NCBI GenBank assembly: GCA_036785375.1
Contig: JAWMAR010000070.1
Location: 7,502,001-7,566,000, forward strand
Direction of reading: 5' to 3'
Origin: Leucoraja ocellata
Taxonomy: Eukaryota
Length of the DNA: 64,000 bases
The position numbers and the translations under genes were made by a program. Position 1 is the stretch's first letter. The number at the start of each line of letters is the position of its first letter. Below are positions 1 to 10,573 of the stretch, piece after piece. Under the pieces are notes generated by a model. It saw nothing but the letters and a program-made list of their open reading frames with translations, was not told the origin of the DNA and ran no database searches.

Positions 1-43
1 GCTGTTTGAACGCTCCCGCACACCCGACGCCGAGCCGCTCCCT

Positions 44-1132
44 GTGCCGCCGATTGCGACGCCCCGCACAGGGAGAAAATCAACCCGAAAAACAGACCGG
101 CCGGTGACCTCCGACTCGTCGGAGGAACGGGTACACTCTCCACCGGCGAAACGGGGAGACGGCCGCTTAAGCTGCATAAGGCAGCTGCTCGAGCAGATGC
201 TCGACGAGGAGATGCAGGCAAGGCATCTCCAAGGAGGACGGGCTTTGGCCTCCTCCAAACCATCACCACACCCTTCTGTTCCCTCTTTGTTTGAGGTCAG
301 TAAGGGAGGCCAGGACTGGGCTGGCCTATCACAAGGGCAGGCGGACGACAGCGCAAGCATGCCAGGCGAGCTGGAGGAAGAAGAGCTACTGGGTGTAGTC
401 AGCAGGTATGCGGCGCCCCCGAGGACCGGAATGATGCTAGCGCCAAGAATGGCGGCCAGTATCAACAGGCTCTCCAATAAGCCATTGCAAGAGAAAATCT
501 TACAAGAGGCCCTTGACACTTACACAGCGCCGGAAAACTGCGAAGCGCTTCGAGTAAAGACCGTAAACGGCCAGATATGGAGCCAGCTGGGGCAGCATAT
601 CAGGACACAAGAGCTGAAGATGCAGCGTATCCTGAAGCTCCACACCGCAGCCATTACCGCCTTTGCTCGGTCCACGGGGAACGAGGAGCTCTCTACACCT
701 CAGCAGGACGTGCTGGCCCTAATGTGTAACACGCAGTATGAGCTCAACAATTTAAGGCGTGAAAACATCAGGCCTGCCCTCAACCCCAAATACGCGGGCC
801 TTTGCAAAGCTCCGGCGCCAGAAAAGGAGGCGCTACTATTCGGGGCCGACTTGGCGAAAAGGCTCAAGGAGCTGGAAGAGGCGGCCAAGCCTGTAGGCCT
901 CATGAGGGCAGGGCCAGGACCGAGCAGGGTGAAGACACCCAGTTGGCAGCACGCCTCGGCATCCACCAGCAGGTACCAAGCTGGTGAAAGCCTGGTGACC
1001 ACTTCCCACTACCCCCAGAGCTCTTTTTTAGAGCGGGGCCCAGAGCGGAGCCGTGGGAAGATACGCCGCCCCACCACAGCACCAACAAGGACACCCTCGG
1101 GCCAAACCCATCGCAAACGCTCCCAGAAATGA
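44..1132 (+). CDS. DIRS gag-like ORF1 (true start probably upstream of the window)
   Basis: 362-aa open frame directly upstream of and overlapping the RT ORF; LNNLRRENIRPAL...LLFGADL segment resembles DIRS ORF1. Confidence 0.75.
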   Translation: MPPIATPRTGRKSTRKTDRPVTSDSSEERVHSPPAKRGDGRLSCIRQLLEQMLDEEMQARHLQGGRALASSKPSPHPSVPSLFEVSKGGQDWAGLSQGQADDSASMPGELEEEELLGVVSRYAAPPRTGMMLAPRMAASINRLSNKPLQEKILQEALDTYTAPENCEALRVKTVNGQIWSQLGQHIRTQELKMQRILKLHTAAITAFARSTGNEELSTPQQDVLALMCNTQYELNNLRRENIRPALNPKYAGLCKAPAPEKEALLFGADLAKRLKELEEAAKPVGLMRAGPGPSRVKTPSWQHASASTSRYQAGESLVTTSHYPQSSFLERGPERSRGKIRRPTTAPTRTPSGQTHRKRSQK

Positions 1133-3062
1133 ACATGGAGGTAGGTGGGTCTGGTTCCTGTCAACATACGCAGACAAAGGGTGTTGTATTAACAGGAGGA
1201 CGTTTAAGGTTCTTCAAACATGTTTGGTGCTCCTTTACTAACAACAAGTTCATACTCAACAGTATCAGTGGATACAAAATTGAATTTAAACCAGGCATAG
1301 AACCGCCGGTTCAGCACATACCCCAAAGGGTATTCCTTCCCACACAATTAGAGAAGGTAGAAGGACAAGCTGAACTAGATAGGCTCGTGTCCAAAGGCGT
1401 CATTGAGAGGGCAAGACACGAGCCATTGGAATTTGTATCGAATATATTCATCAAAACCAAAAAAGATGGTGGATGTCGCATTATTATTGATTTGACATCA
1501 CTAAATCAGTCTGTTGAGTATCAACATTTCAAAATGGAGACATTTGTTACTGCCAGACAACTGATCTCCAAGGGATACTTCATGGCAAGCATAGATATTA
1601 AGGATGCTTACTATTTAGTACCCATTCATAAGGATCATTTCAGATATCTGAAATTTATCTGGATGGGGCAACTATGGCAGTATAGAGCATTACCCAATGG
1701 GTTAACGACAGCTCCCAGATTATTTACAAAAATTCTCAAAGTGGCCATGAAAAAATTAAGAGAACAAAAACATTTAGTCATGGCCTATCTGGATGATGTT
1801 CTCATATTGGGGAGAACAAGGGAACTAGCTGTCGCAGGAGTCTTAGCTACTAAACAACTCCTTGAAACATTGGGATTTGTTCTACACCCAGATAAATCAA
1901 TATTGAAGCTAACAACTAACATGGACTATCTAGGCTTCACTATCGACACTATCCGTATGACTGTCATTCTGCCAAGAGACAAAAAGGCTGCATTAGCAGA
2001 AGCCTGTAACAACTTAATCGCAAAACACAACCAAAGATCCGGCATGTAGCCAGAGTCATTGGTAGTATAGTAGCAGCATTTCCAGCTGCACAATATGGGC
2101 CCTTGCATTATCAGAATTTACAAAGAGCAAGGACACATGCACTACGTCTAAGTAGGGGGCATTATGACCGAACTATGGACTTACCCGCTGAAGCCAAATC
2201 AGAACTTCAGTGGTGGGTGGATAACATTTGGCACAGTTACAGTCCTATCGCCGTCACCAATCCTAACATAGCCATTACAACGGATGCCAGTGCTTTAGGC
2301 TGGGGAGCTACTAACTCTATATCCAGCACAGGTGGCAGATGGACTAATTCAGAGGCATCGCTACTACAATCACTTGGCATAAATTATTTGGAGATGCTAG
2401 CCGCCTTTTATGGGCTAAAAGCATATGCATCCGATATGAGGCACGTGCATGTCAGGTTAATGATTGATAACACGACGGCGGTGTCTTACATCCAGCACAT
2501 GGGTGGCATAAAATCAGTATCATGCGACAAATTGACTACTATAATCTGGCAATGGTGTGTCGAGAGACATATTTGGCTATCAGCTGCCTATTTACCAGGC
2601 AAGCTAAACACAGTGGCGGACACCAGGTCACGAAAATTCAATGACAACATCGAATGGATGTTAGACCCAAAAATATTTGCTAGAATTGTTAAGCAATATG
2701 GTACGCCAGATATAGATTTGTTTGCGTCTAGATTAAATCACCAGCTACCCATGTATGTGGCTTGGGAACCAGAGGCAGCAGCGGTAGATGCCTTCACGCT
2801 GGATTGGGGAAATTTCTTCTTCTATGCTTTCCCTCCCTTCTGCCTCATCAGCCGGGTACTCCAGAAAATACAAGCAGACTCGGCTTCAGGTATTCTGGTC
2901 GTACCCGACTGGCCTACCCAACCATGGTTCCCAGTTTTCCACGACATGGTGGTAGAGTCACCTATGGTTTTTCACAGCCACCCACAACTATTGACTCATC
3001 CGGTATCCGGCATAAGCCATCCATGCCATCAAAAATTGAAACTCCTGGTTTGTAGGTTCTGA
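1129..3062 (+). pseudogene. DIRS pol: reverse transcriptase + RNase H + DNA N6-adenine methyltransferase-like domain, one frameshift near 2020-2030
   Basis: RT motifs IDIKDAY, LPNGLTTAPRLFTK, YLDD; RNase H TDASALGWG, INYLEMLA, DNTTAV; MTase-like DLFASRLN and YAFPPF. The frame changes between ORFs 1129-2049 and 2103-3062, and the connecting peptide PKIRHVARVIG reads in the second frame. Confidence 0.9.
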
Positions 3063-3079
3063 ACAGGCCTTACCAGGGA

Positions 3080-4033
3080 TTGGGGTTATCGGAACGAACA
3101 ATCACCACCATGTCGGCGTCCCTGCGAGTCTCTACCAAGAAACAGTACTTGACCTACATCAGGAAATGGGAGCAGTACTGCTTGGATGCAGGGACATCAT
3201 ACAAGACAGCCTCGATCACGGACGTGCTGGAATTCCTGGCCCACTTGCACCATGACCAAAAGATGAGCTACAGTGCCATCAATGCAGCACGGAGCGCCCT
3301 GTCCGCTTACCTTATGCCTACAGGACATCGCAGCATTGGATCCCACCCTCTGGTTATAAAACTCCTCAAAGGGATTTATAATACTAAACCCCCTACACCC
3401 AGATACACCCATGTATGGGATGTAAGTGTAGTTTTGTCACACCTTAGAGGTTGGCCTCCGGTGGGATCCTTGAGTCTGGAGCAGTCCACTCTCAAGACCC
3501 TCATGCTCATGGCGCTCGTCTCTGCACAAAGGGTTCAGTCGCTGCATCAACTAAGACTGGACAACATGGTAACCACCCCAGATTCCATTACATTTACCAT
3601 GCCGGGGTTGGTAAAACAAAGCAGGCCAGGTATGCCCAACTCTCCGTTAATCTTCCGGGCCTATCCTCCAGAACCTAGGCTGTGTGTAGTGACCCATCTA
3701 TACAACTACGTAGACACAACCCAAACGCTTAGAGGGAGTGAAAAAGCCTTATGAGTCAGCCACAAAAAGCCTTTTGGACGGGTTACCAGCCAGACAATAT
3801 CTAGGTGGTTGAAACAGGTCTTAAAAGCCGCGGGGATTAACACGGATGTTTTAAAATCCCATTCTACCAGGGCAGCGTCCACGTCAGCGGCGGAACGGAT
3901 GCAGGTTCCCATAGACCACATCCTTAGTACAGCGGGATGGTCAAGGGAATCAACGTTCCGGAAATTCTACCACAAACCGCTGATGGAGAAGGACTTGTTT
4001 GCGGACAAAATTTTAGAATCTGCAAACTTATAA
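3080..4033 (+). pseudogene. DIRS tyrosine recombinase with a single premature TGA at 3752-3754
   Basis: Catalytic residues AQR, HSTR, AGW and KFY present. The two ORFs are in one frame, separated by one stop (likely TGG>TGA). Confidence 0.9.
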
Positions 4034-4193
4034 TTTAAAGCCCAGGGGAGCTATTTTTGTTATTGTTAAATAAACAATTTTGTTTCAAAAAACTAACAAA
4101 TTCGTTGGTCTTTAGATACCACTTCCTCCCTCGATGAACTTCGGCAGTGAGTGATATAGCTGTTACACGGTTTGAAATCACAGACCTTTGAAG

Positions 4194-4530
4194 TCTTCAC
4201 GTAGTCACTCACGTGACTCCGAAGTAAAATAGTGAGATTAAACGAGTACTTACCAGTACCAAGTTTGATCTGTATTTTATGAGGAGTTACGATGAGGGAT
4301 TACGTGCCCTCCGCTCCCACCCTCGTTGTATAGATCAAACTCGAGCTGATGTCTCATTAATCTTTACTATCTTTACTTCAATATTGTGTCTACCTGTGAT
4401 TCCACACCGCTGCTTGGAAGTATGCCGCGCCTGCGCACTGGGTGGGTTCTTCACGTAATCCCTCATCGTAACTCCTCATAAAATACAGATCAAACTTCGT
4501 ACTGGTAAGTACTCGTTTAATCTCACTATT
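4194..4530. repeat. DIRS internal complementary region (ICR) and right terminal repeat
   Basis: 4228-4306 is the reverse complement of 4452-4530 (79 bp, 1 mismatch). TCTTCACGTA recurs at 4194 and 4449. Confidence 0.9.
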
Positions 4531-5630
4531 CTCTGCCACAGAAGATATTTGAGGCCAGTCATTGGCTTTATTTAAGAAGGAGTTAGATGTGGCCCTTGTG
4601 GCTAAAGGGATCAGGGGGTATGGAGAGAAGGCAGGTACTGGATACTGAGTCGGATGATCAGCCATGATCATGTTGAATGGCGGTGCAGGCTCGAAGGGCC
4701 GAATGACCTCCCCCTGCACCTATTGTCTATTGTCTATTGTCTATTGTCTATTGAGATAGGAAACATTTAAAGATACAAGTGCAGGCAGTTACAATCGTTA
4801 CTGTGCTGTACTGTTCCATGTTCCATGGCCTACTCCTGCACCTAATTTCTATGTTTCTATGTTTCAATGAGAGCCAGATAGGGTAGACAGTCAGAACCAA
4901 TTTGCGCAGAGTGGAAATGCCAAAGACTAGAGGGCATCGCTTTAGGGTAGGAGGCTTTCAAGAGAGAGTTAAATAGAGCTCTTAAATATAGCGGAGTCAA
5001 GGGATATGGGGAGAAGGCAAGAATGGGGTACCGATTGTGGATGGCGGTGATCACAGTGAATGGCGGTGCAGGCTCGAAGGGCCGAATGGCCAACTCCTGC
5101 ACCTATTGTCTATTGTCCATTGAGATAGGAAAAATTTAAAGATGTGCGGGACACAGAGGGTGGTGGGTGCCTGGAACACAATGCTGTGGGTGGTGGAGGC
5201 AGATACAATAGTTCAGAGTCTTTATCTAAAAGATCTCATGGACATGCAGGGAATTGAGATTATGGATCAGGTGCAGGCAGAGGAGATTAGCTGAACTTGG
5301 CATCATCTTCAGCACGGACCTTGTGGGCCGAAGGGCCTGTTCCTGTGCTGTTCCATGTTCTATGTTACATCATCTTCTCAATCACATCTTGAGAAGAACA
5401 TTTTCCAGAGGTGCCCTGGTACCACCAGTGTGACATTCATTGTATCTGCTGCAGTCAATGAGTGTGTTGTGTAGACAGCCAGAGGAGAAGATGGGATTTA
5501 TGTGGAGTTTCATTTTGTAATCATTATTTATTTAATGTCATAGTGTAATAGAGTCATAGAGTGATACAGTATGGAAACAGGCCCTTCGGCCCAACTTGCC
5601 CACACTGGCCAACATGTCCCAGCTACACTA
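4531..5630. repeat. Arm A of ~1-kb inverted segmental duplication (partner ~8315-9295)
   Basis: Same mosaic of CR1 pieces and unique sequence (e.g. 5370-5545 vs 8400-8580) in reverse complement, highly similar. Arm A carries an extra ~115 bp near 4710-4825. Confidence 0.9.
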
Positions 5631-5744
5631 GTCCCACCTGTCCACGTTTGGTCCATATCCCTCCAAACCTGTCCTTTCCATGTTCCTGTCTAACTGTTTC
5701 TTAAACGTTGGGATAGTTTCTGCCTCAACTGCGATGGGTTGACC

Positions 5745-6082
5745 AGAACGAGACGTGGTGGAGACACAAGCAGGATGTGTGGGGCGCCTGGTTGGCCGCT
5801 GGCAGCTGGGATGACGTTGTTCTTGTTAAACGTTAACGGCTGATGCAACGACACGTTTGGCAGAGGGTGGAGAGGTCGCGGCTGACTCCGGCCAATGCTC
5901 CGTGGGAGGCAGTGATTGGTTGAATGTACGTGAGGGCAGACAATGAGGGGCAGGAGAAGCCGGGAGTCGGTATAAAAGGAGCGAGCGATGGCAGGAGATG
6001 AGAACAAGACCGACCCCGTCACCCTGTGTGGAGACTCCGGAGCTGGTAACCAACCCTGTGGATCCTTCAAGTGTCTGTGAGT
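5745..6082 (+). promoter_or_regulatory. Promoter and non-coding exon 1 of IgV gene 1
   Basis: CCAAT 5892-5896, ATTGG 5915-5919, TATAAAA 5971-5977, donor GTGAGT at 6077. Block recurs nearly identically at ~10150-10573 (+) and ~16780-17172 (-). Confidence 0.7.
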
Positions 6083-6628
6083 GATGGGGGTGGGATTGTC
6101 TCTGTTCACTGTTCCCCCAGTTCAGAAGCCTGATAGCAGAGGGGAAGAAGCTGTTCCTGAGTCTGGTGGTGCGCGCTTTCAAGCTTCTGTACCTTCTGCT
6201 AGACAGGACCAGGGAGATGGAGGAATGACCGGGGTGGGACAAGTGATGGAGTCATAGAGTCACAGCGAGACCTTTGGCCCAACTTGCCCGCGCCCACCAA
6301 CGTGCCCCCATCAATACTAGACCCACCTGCCTGCGTTTGGCCCTTACCCCTCTAATCCTGTCCTATCAATGTACCTGTCTAACTGTTTCTTAATCATTGT
6401 GATAGTACCTGCCCCAACTACCTCTTCCGGCAGCTCGTTCCAAACACCCTCCACCCTTTGTGTAAAAAAGTCACCCCTCAGTTTCCCATGAAATCTTTCC
6501 CCCCCCCCCCTCGCCTTAAACCGATGTCCTCTGGTTCTCGATTCCCCAACTCTGGGCGGGTTCAGGGAATGTCATCATGAATCCTACTGAGTTGCAATAA
6601 GGTGACCCATTGTTTCACCCACAGGAAC

Positions 6629-7138
6629 ATGGGACTGCAGAGATGGATAGGATTCATGGTCCTTGTGGAGATGGTGTGGCAAGTCTCCGCAACTGGAACA
6701 GGTCCGATCTCCAGAGAATGGGGAGAGGAAGCAAACTTGCCCGGGTGGAACGCACGGGCCCCTCGGCAAGTCAACAAACAAGATACTCCACAATGCGGTG
6801 CTATATCAGCTTCGACCAAGTTACAATTCACGGATATAGAGACAAGCCAGGGTGGTTCTACTACGCTACCCTGTAAAGTACCCACAGGGAAGGATGGACC
6901 CAAGACTTTTGAGGTCACCTGGACTAAAGGGACGAAGACACTGGCCGTGTTTACTATAGGGAAAGGTGCCAATTATCCAGGGGGGGGCGGCCGCTGGAAG
7001 TTCAAGGAAACAAACGTGGATGAGACACGGGATGCCTCGTTGGTCATCAAGGGTTTACAGAAGAGTGATGTTGGGATGTATTCCTGCACTTGGCAAACGG
7101 GCAAAGATAAATGTAGACTAACTTCCAAGCTGTCATGA
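6629..7138 (+). CDS. Secreted single Ig V-type domain protein 1 (169 aa; signal peptide, propeptide, V domain)
   Basis: Acceptor TTTCACCCACAG at 6624 then ATG; hydrophobic leader MGLQRWIGFMVLVEMVWQVSA; RAPR; V-set motifs TLPC, VTW, RDASLVI, DVGMYSC; no TM segment before the stop. Confidence 0.85.
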   Translation: MGLQRWIGFMVLVEMVWQVSATGTGPISREWGEEANLPGWNARAPRQVNKQDTPQCGAISASTKLQFTDIETSQGGSTTLPCKVPTGKDGPKTFEVTWTKGTKTLAVFTIGKGANYPGGGGRWKFKETNVDETRDASLVIKGLQKSDVGMYSCTWQTGKDKCRLTSKLS

Positions 7139-7539
7139 AGTAAAACCTCACACTGACCCAGCACAGGCCCCCCCATGTCACAGAAGCAACAGGCAGTGGC
7201 AGGACAGCACAAACACACAATAACATCCATCATTATAAACTTCACATACTTAGACCAACAACAGCATTCTATATTGTAGTCACTTAATTGATCATGAGGG
7301 GAATAGAGGGGTGAACACAAAACATCTTTTACCTGGGGTACGGGAATCAAGAACCAGGGGGACATAAGTTTAAGGTTAGAGGGGCAAGATTTAATAGGAA
7401 CCTGAAGGGCAACATTTTCACTCAGAGGGCGGTGGGTTTATAGAACTGTCTGGTGGGGTGGGAATTGTAACAATATTTAATACACACTTGGGACAGGGAA
7501 AGGTTTAGGGGGATATGGGGCAAATGTAGTGCAATGGGA

Positions 7540-7790
7540 CAGATCGTGCTTGCATCAGTAAATGTATCATTAATGGAAATAAACTCTCTTGAAGACAGCC
7601 GGTGTGAGTGATTCTTTGTACGCCAGCATTGAGTTGGGTGTGAACTTTGTGCAACTCTTGCTCACTACGGGCAACATCGCCGGCTTCTATGAGCTGTGTC
7701 CAACATTGTCCATGACCACACGGGGACGGAACAACATGTGGAAAATCATGGAGTCCGCAGGTGTTGAGAACAGGAACAAAAATAACGGGG
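7540..7790 (+). terminator. Conserved 3' block with polyadenylation signal of IgV gene 1
   Basis: AATAAA 7578-7583 followed by GT-rich sequence; near-identical inverted copy downstream of IgV gene 2. Confidence 0.6.
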
Positions 7791-8314
7791 AATGTTGTCA
7801 GGAACAAAACAGGGACAAAAGTAAAGACTATATTTAAGAGGGAGTTAGATGTGGCCCTTGTGGCTAAAGAGATCAGGGGGTATGGAGAGAAGGCAGGTAC
7901 AGGATACTGAGTTGGATGATCAGCCATGATCATATTGAATGGCGGTGCAGGCTCGATGGGCCGAATGGCCTCTACTCCTGCACCTATTTTCTATGTTTCT
8001 TTGACACAAAAGTAGGCGGTTTTGCATGTGCAGGACCTACACAGTGAATAGTCCAGCTCTGGGGAATGTTGTAGAGCAGAGGGATCTATGAGTGAAGGTA
8101 CATGGTTCCTTGAAGATGCAGTTGCAGGTAGATACGGTGGTCAAAAAGGCTTTTGGCACTTTGGCCTTCATCAGTCACAGTATGGAGTATAGATGTTGGG
8201 AGGTCATCTTGCGTTGGTGAGGCAACATTTAGATCCCAATGTTTAAGGAACAGTGAGTCAGGTACATGGAGAGGACAGGTTTGGAGGGATATGGGCCAAA
8301 CACAGGCAGGTGAG

Positions 8315-9295
8315 ACTAGTGTAGCTGGGACATGTTGGCCAGTGTGGGCAAGTTGGGCCGAAGGGCCTGTGTCCACACTGTATCACTCTATGACTCTATT
8401 ACACTATGACATTAAATAAATAATGATTACAAAATGAAACTCCACATAAATCCCATCTTCTCCTCTGGCTGTCTACACAACACACTCATTGACTGCAGCA
8501 GATACAATGAATGTCACACTGGTGGTACCAGGGCACCTCTGGAAAATGTTCTTCTCAAGATATGATTGAGAAGATGATGTAACATAGAACATGGAACAGC
8601 ACAGGAACAGGCCCTTCGGCCCACATGGTCCGTGCTGAACATGATGCCAAGTTCAGCTAATCTCCTCTGCCTGCACCTGATCCATAATCTCAATTCCCTG
8701 CATATCCATGAGATTTTTTAGATAAAGACCCTGAACTATTGTATCTGCCTCCACCACCCACAGCATCGTGTTCCAGGCACCCACCACCCTCTGTGTCCAG
8801 CACATCTTTAAATGTTTCCTATCTCAATAGACAATAGACAATAGGTGCAGGAGTTGGCCATTCGGCCCTTCGAGCCAGCACCGCCATTCACTGTGATCAC
8901 CGCCATCCACAATCAGTACCCCATTCTTGCCTTCTCCCCATATCCCTTGACTCCGCTATATTTAAGAGCTCTATCTAACTCTCTCTTGAAAGCCTCCTAC
9001 CCTAAAGCGATGCCCTCTAGTCTTTGGCATTTCCACTCTGCGCAAATTGGTTCTGACTGTCTACCCTATCTGGCTCTCATAGAAACATAGAAACATAGAA
9101 ATTAGGTGCAGGAGTAGGCCATTCGGCCCTTCGAGCCTGCACCACCATTCAATATGATCATGGCTGATCACCCGACTCAGTATCCAGTACCTGCCTTCTC
9201 TCCATACCCCCTGATCCCTTTAGCCACAAGGGCCACATCTAACTCCTTCTTAAATATAGCCAATGATTTGGCCTCAAATATCTTCTGTGGCAGAG
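8315..9295. repeat. Arm B of inverted duplication; continues into an uninterrupted CR1 3' fragment (minus strand) to ~9595
   Basis: Reverse complement of 4531-5630. Confidence 0.9.
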
Positions 9296-10129
9296 AATTC
9301 CACAGATTCACCACTCTCTGTGTGAAAAATGTTTTTCTCATCTCAGTCCTAAAAGATTTCCCCCTTATCCTTAAACTGTGACCCCTTGTCCTGGACTTCC
9401 CCAACATCGGGAACAATCTTCCTGCATCTAGCCTGTCCAACCCCTTAAGAATTTTATTACCTTCTGTCAGGTCTCCGCTCAACATCTGAAGTTCTAGAGA
9501 AACCAATCCAAGATTATCCAACCTGTCCATATAACTTGCTATTGAGGGAGTGCAACGTAGGTTCACCAGGTTAATACCCGGGATGGCGGGACTGACATGT
9601 CAACTTCTTCTTTCGTGTGGCGTGCACAGCCTAAAGTTGTAGGACAACTTGTTCTATTTGATGTTGAAGTAGAAACTGCAGATACTGGAAAATCAAAGGT
9701 ACACAAAAATGCTGGAGAAACTCAGCGGGTGCAGCAGCATCTATGGAGCAAAGGAAATAGGCAACGTTTCGTCCTGAAGGTTCCCAGAGGTTGCAGGTGG
9801 TTGCCGGAGGTTGCAGGTAGTGGAAGCAGGTAGGGAGACAGACAAAAACCTCCGGGAACCGCACGGAAACCTTGGGTGGGGCGCAAAGTCTCCAGAGGTT
9901 TCCGTTCAGGTTTCCCAAGTGGGACAGGGGCATTAGTGCAACCTTGGACATTCCATAGACGTTCATCGTTGACCTCAGTGTCGTGTCGTGTTCAACAGCC
10001 TGATGGTTGTTGGGAAGGAAGAATTGATCCAACGCCATCCCAGCTGCCGGATCAGATTGAGTATAAACTGCGGAACCAGCGCAGGTGCCAAGGGCTGTGG
10101 TGGTGACGTGGCGTGGCTGGGACATCTGG

Positions 10130-10573
10130 TCCGATGGGTGGCCAAAGCGAGACGTGTTGGAGACACAAGCAGGATGTGTGGGGCGCCTGGTTGGCCGCTG
10201 GCAGCTGGGATGACGTTGTTCTTGTTAAACGTTAACGGCTGATGCAACGACACGTTTGGCAGAGGGTGGAGAGGTCGCGGCTGACTCCGGCCAATGCTCC
10301 GTGGGAGGCAGTGATTGGTTGAATGTACGTGAGGGCAGACAATGAGGGGCAGGAGAAGCCGGGAGTCGGTATAAAAGGAGCGAGCGATGGCAGGGGATGA
10401 GAACAAGACCGACCCCGTCACCCTGTGTGGAGACTCCGGAGCTGGTAACCAACCCTGTGGATCCTTCAAGTGTCTGTGAGTGATGGGGGTGGGATTGTCT
10501 CTGTTCACTGTTCCCCCAGTTCAGAAGCCTGATAGCAGAGGGGAAGAAGCTGTTCCTGAGTCTGGTGGTGCGC
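10130..10573 (+). promoter_or_regulatory. Orphan third copy of the IgV promoter/exon 1 block
   Basis: TATAAAA 10370-10376, donor GTGAGT 10476; near-identical to ~5750-6175; joined abruptly to Gypsy pol at 10574. Confidence 0.7.

Larger units (their letters stand above)
1..4530 (+). mobile_element. DIRS-type tyrosine-recombinase retrotransposon; left terminus lies upstream of the window
   Basis: Ordered gag, RT, RNase H, MTase-like and YR ORFs, followed by an internal complementary region and right terminal repeat. Ends at ...CTCACTATT 4530, abutting a CR1 fragment. Confidence 0.95.

Noticed and set aside
5690-6109. ORF MNRDNPTPITHRH, present three times
   Set aside because: Antisense translation of the triplicated promoter block, with a non-ATG start and differing C-termini.
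5745-6190. Triplicated TATA block as a retroviral LTR
   Set aside because: No TG...CA termini, PBS, PPT, TSD or internal polyA signal seen. It contains a splice donor matched to the IgV acceptor.
7139-7200. CACACTG after the V ORF as a possible RAG recombination signal
   Set aside because: No nonamer at 12 or 23 bp, it lies after a stop codon, the V already contains its G strand, and gene 2 has no equivalent.
7589-7837. Duplicated ORF KTAGVSDSLYASIELGVN with a faint sugar-transporter look
   Set aside because: No ATG or convincing splice sites, and it begins right after the polyA signal. Conservation is explained by recent duplication or conversion.
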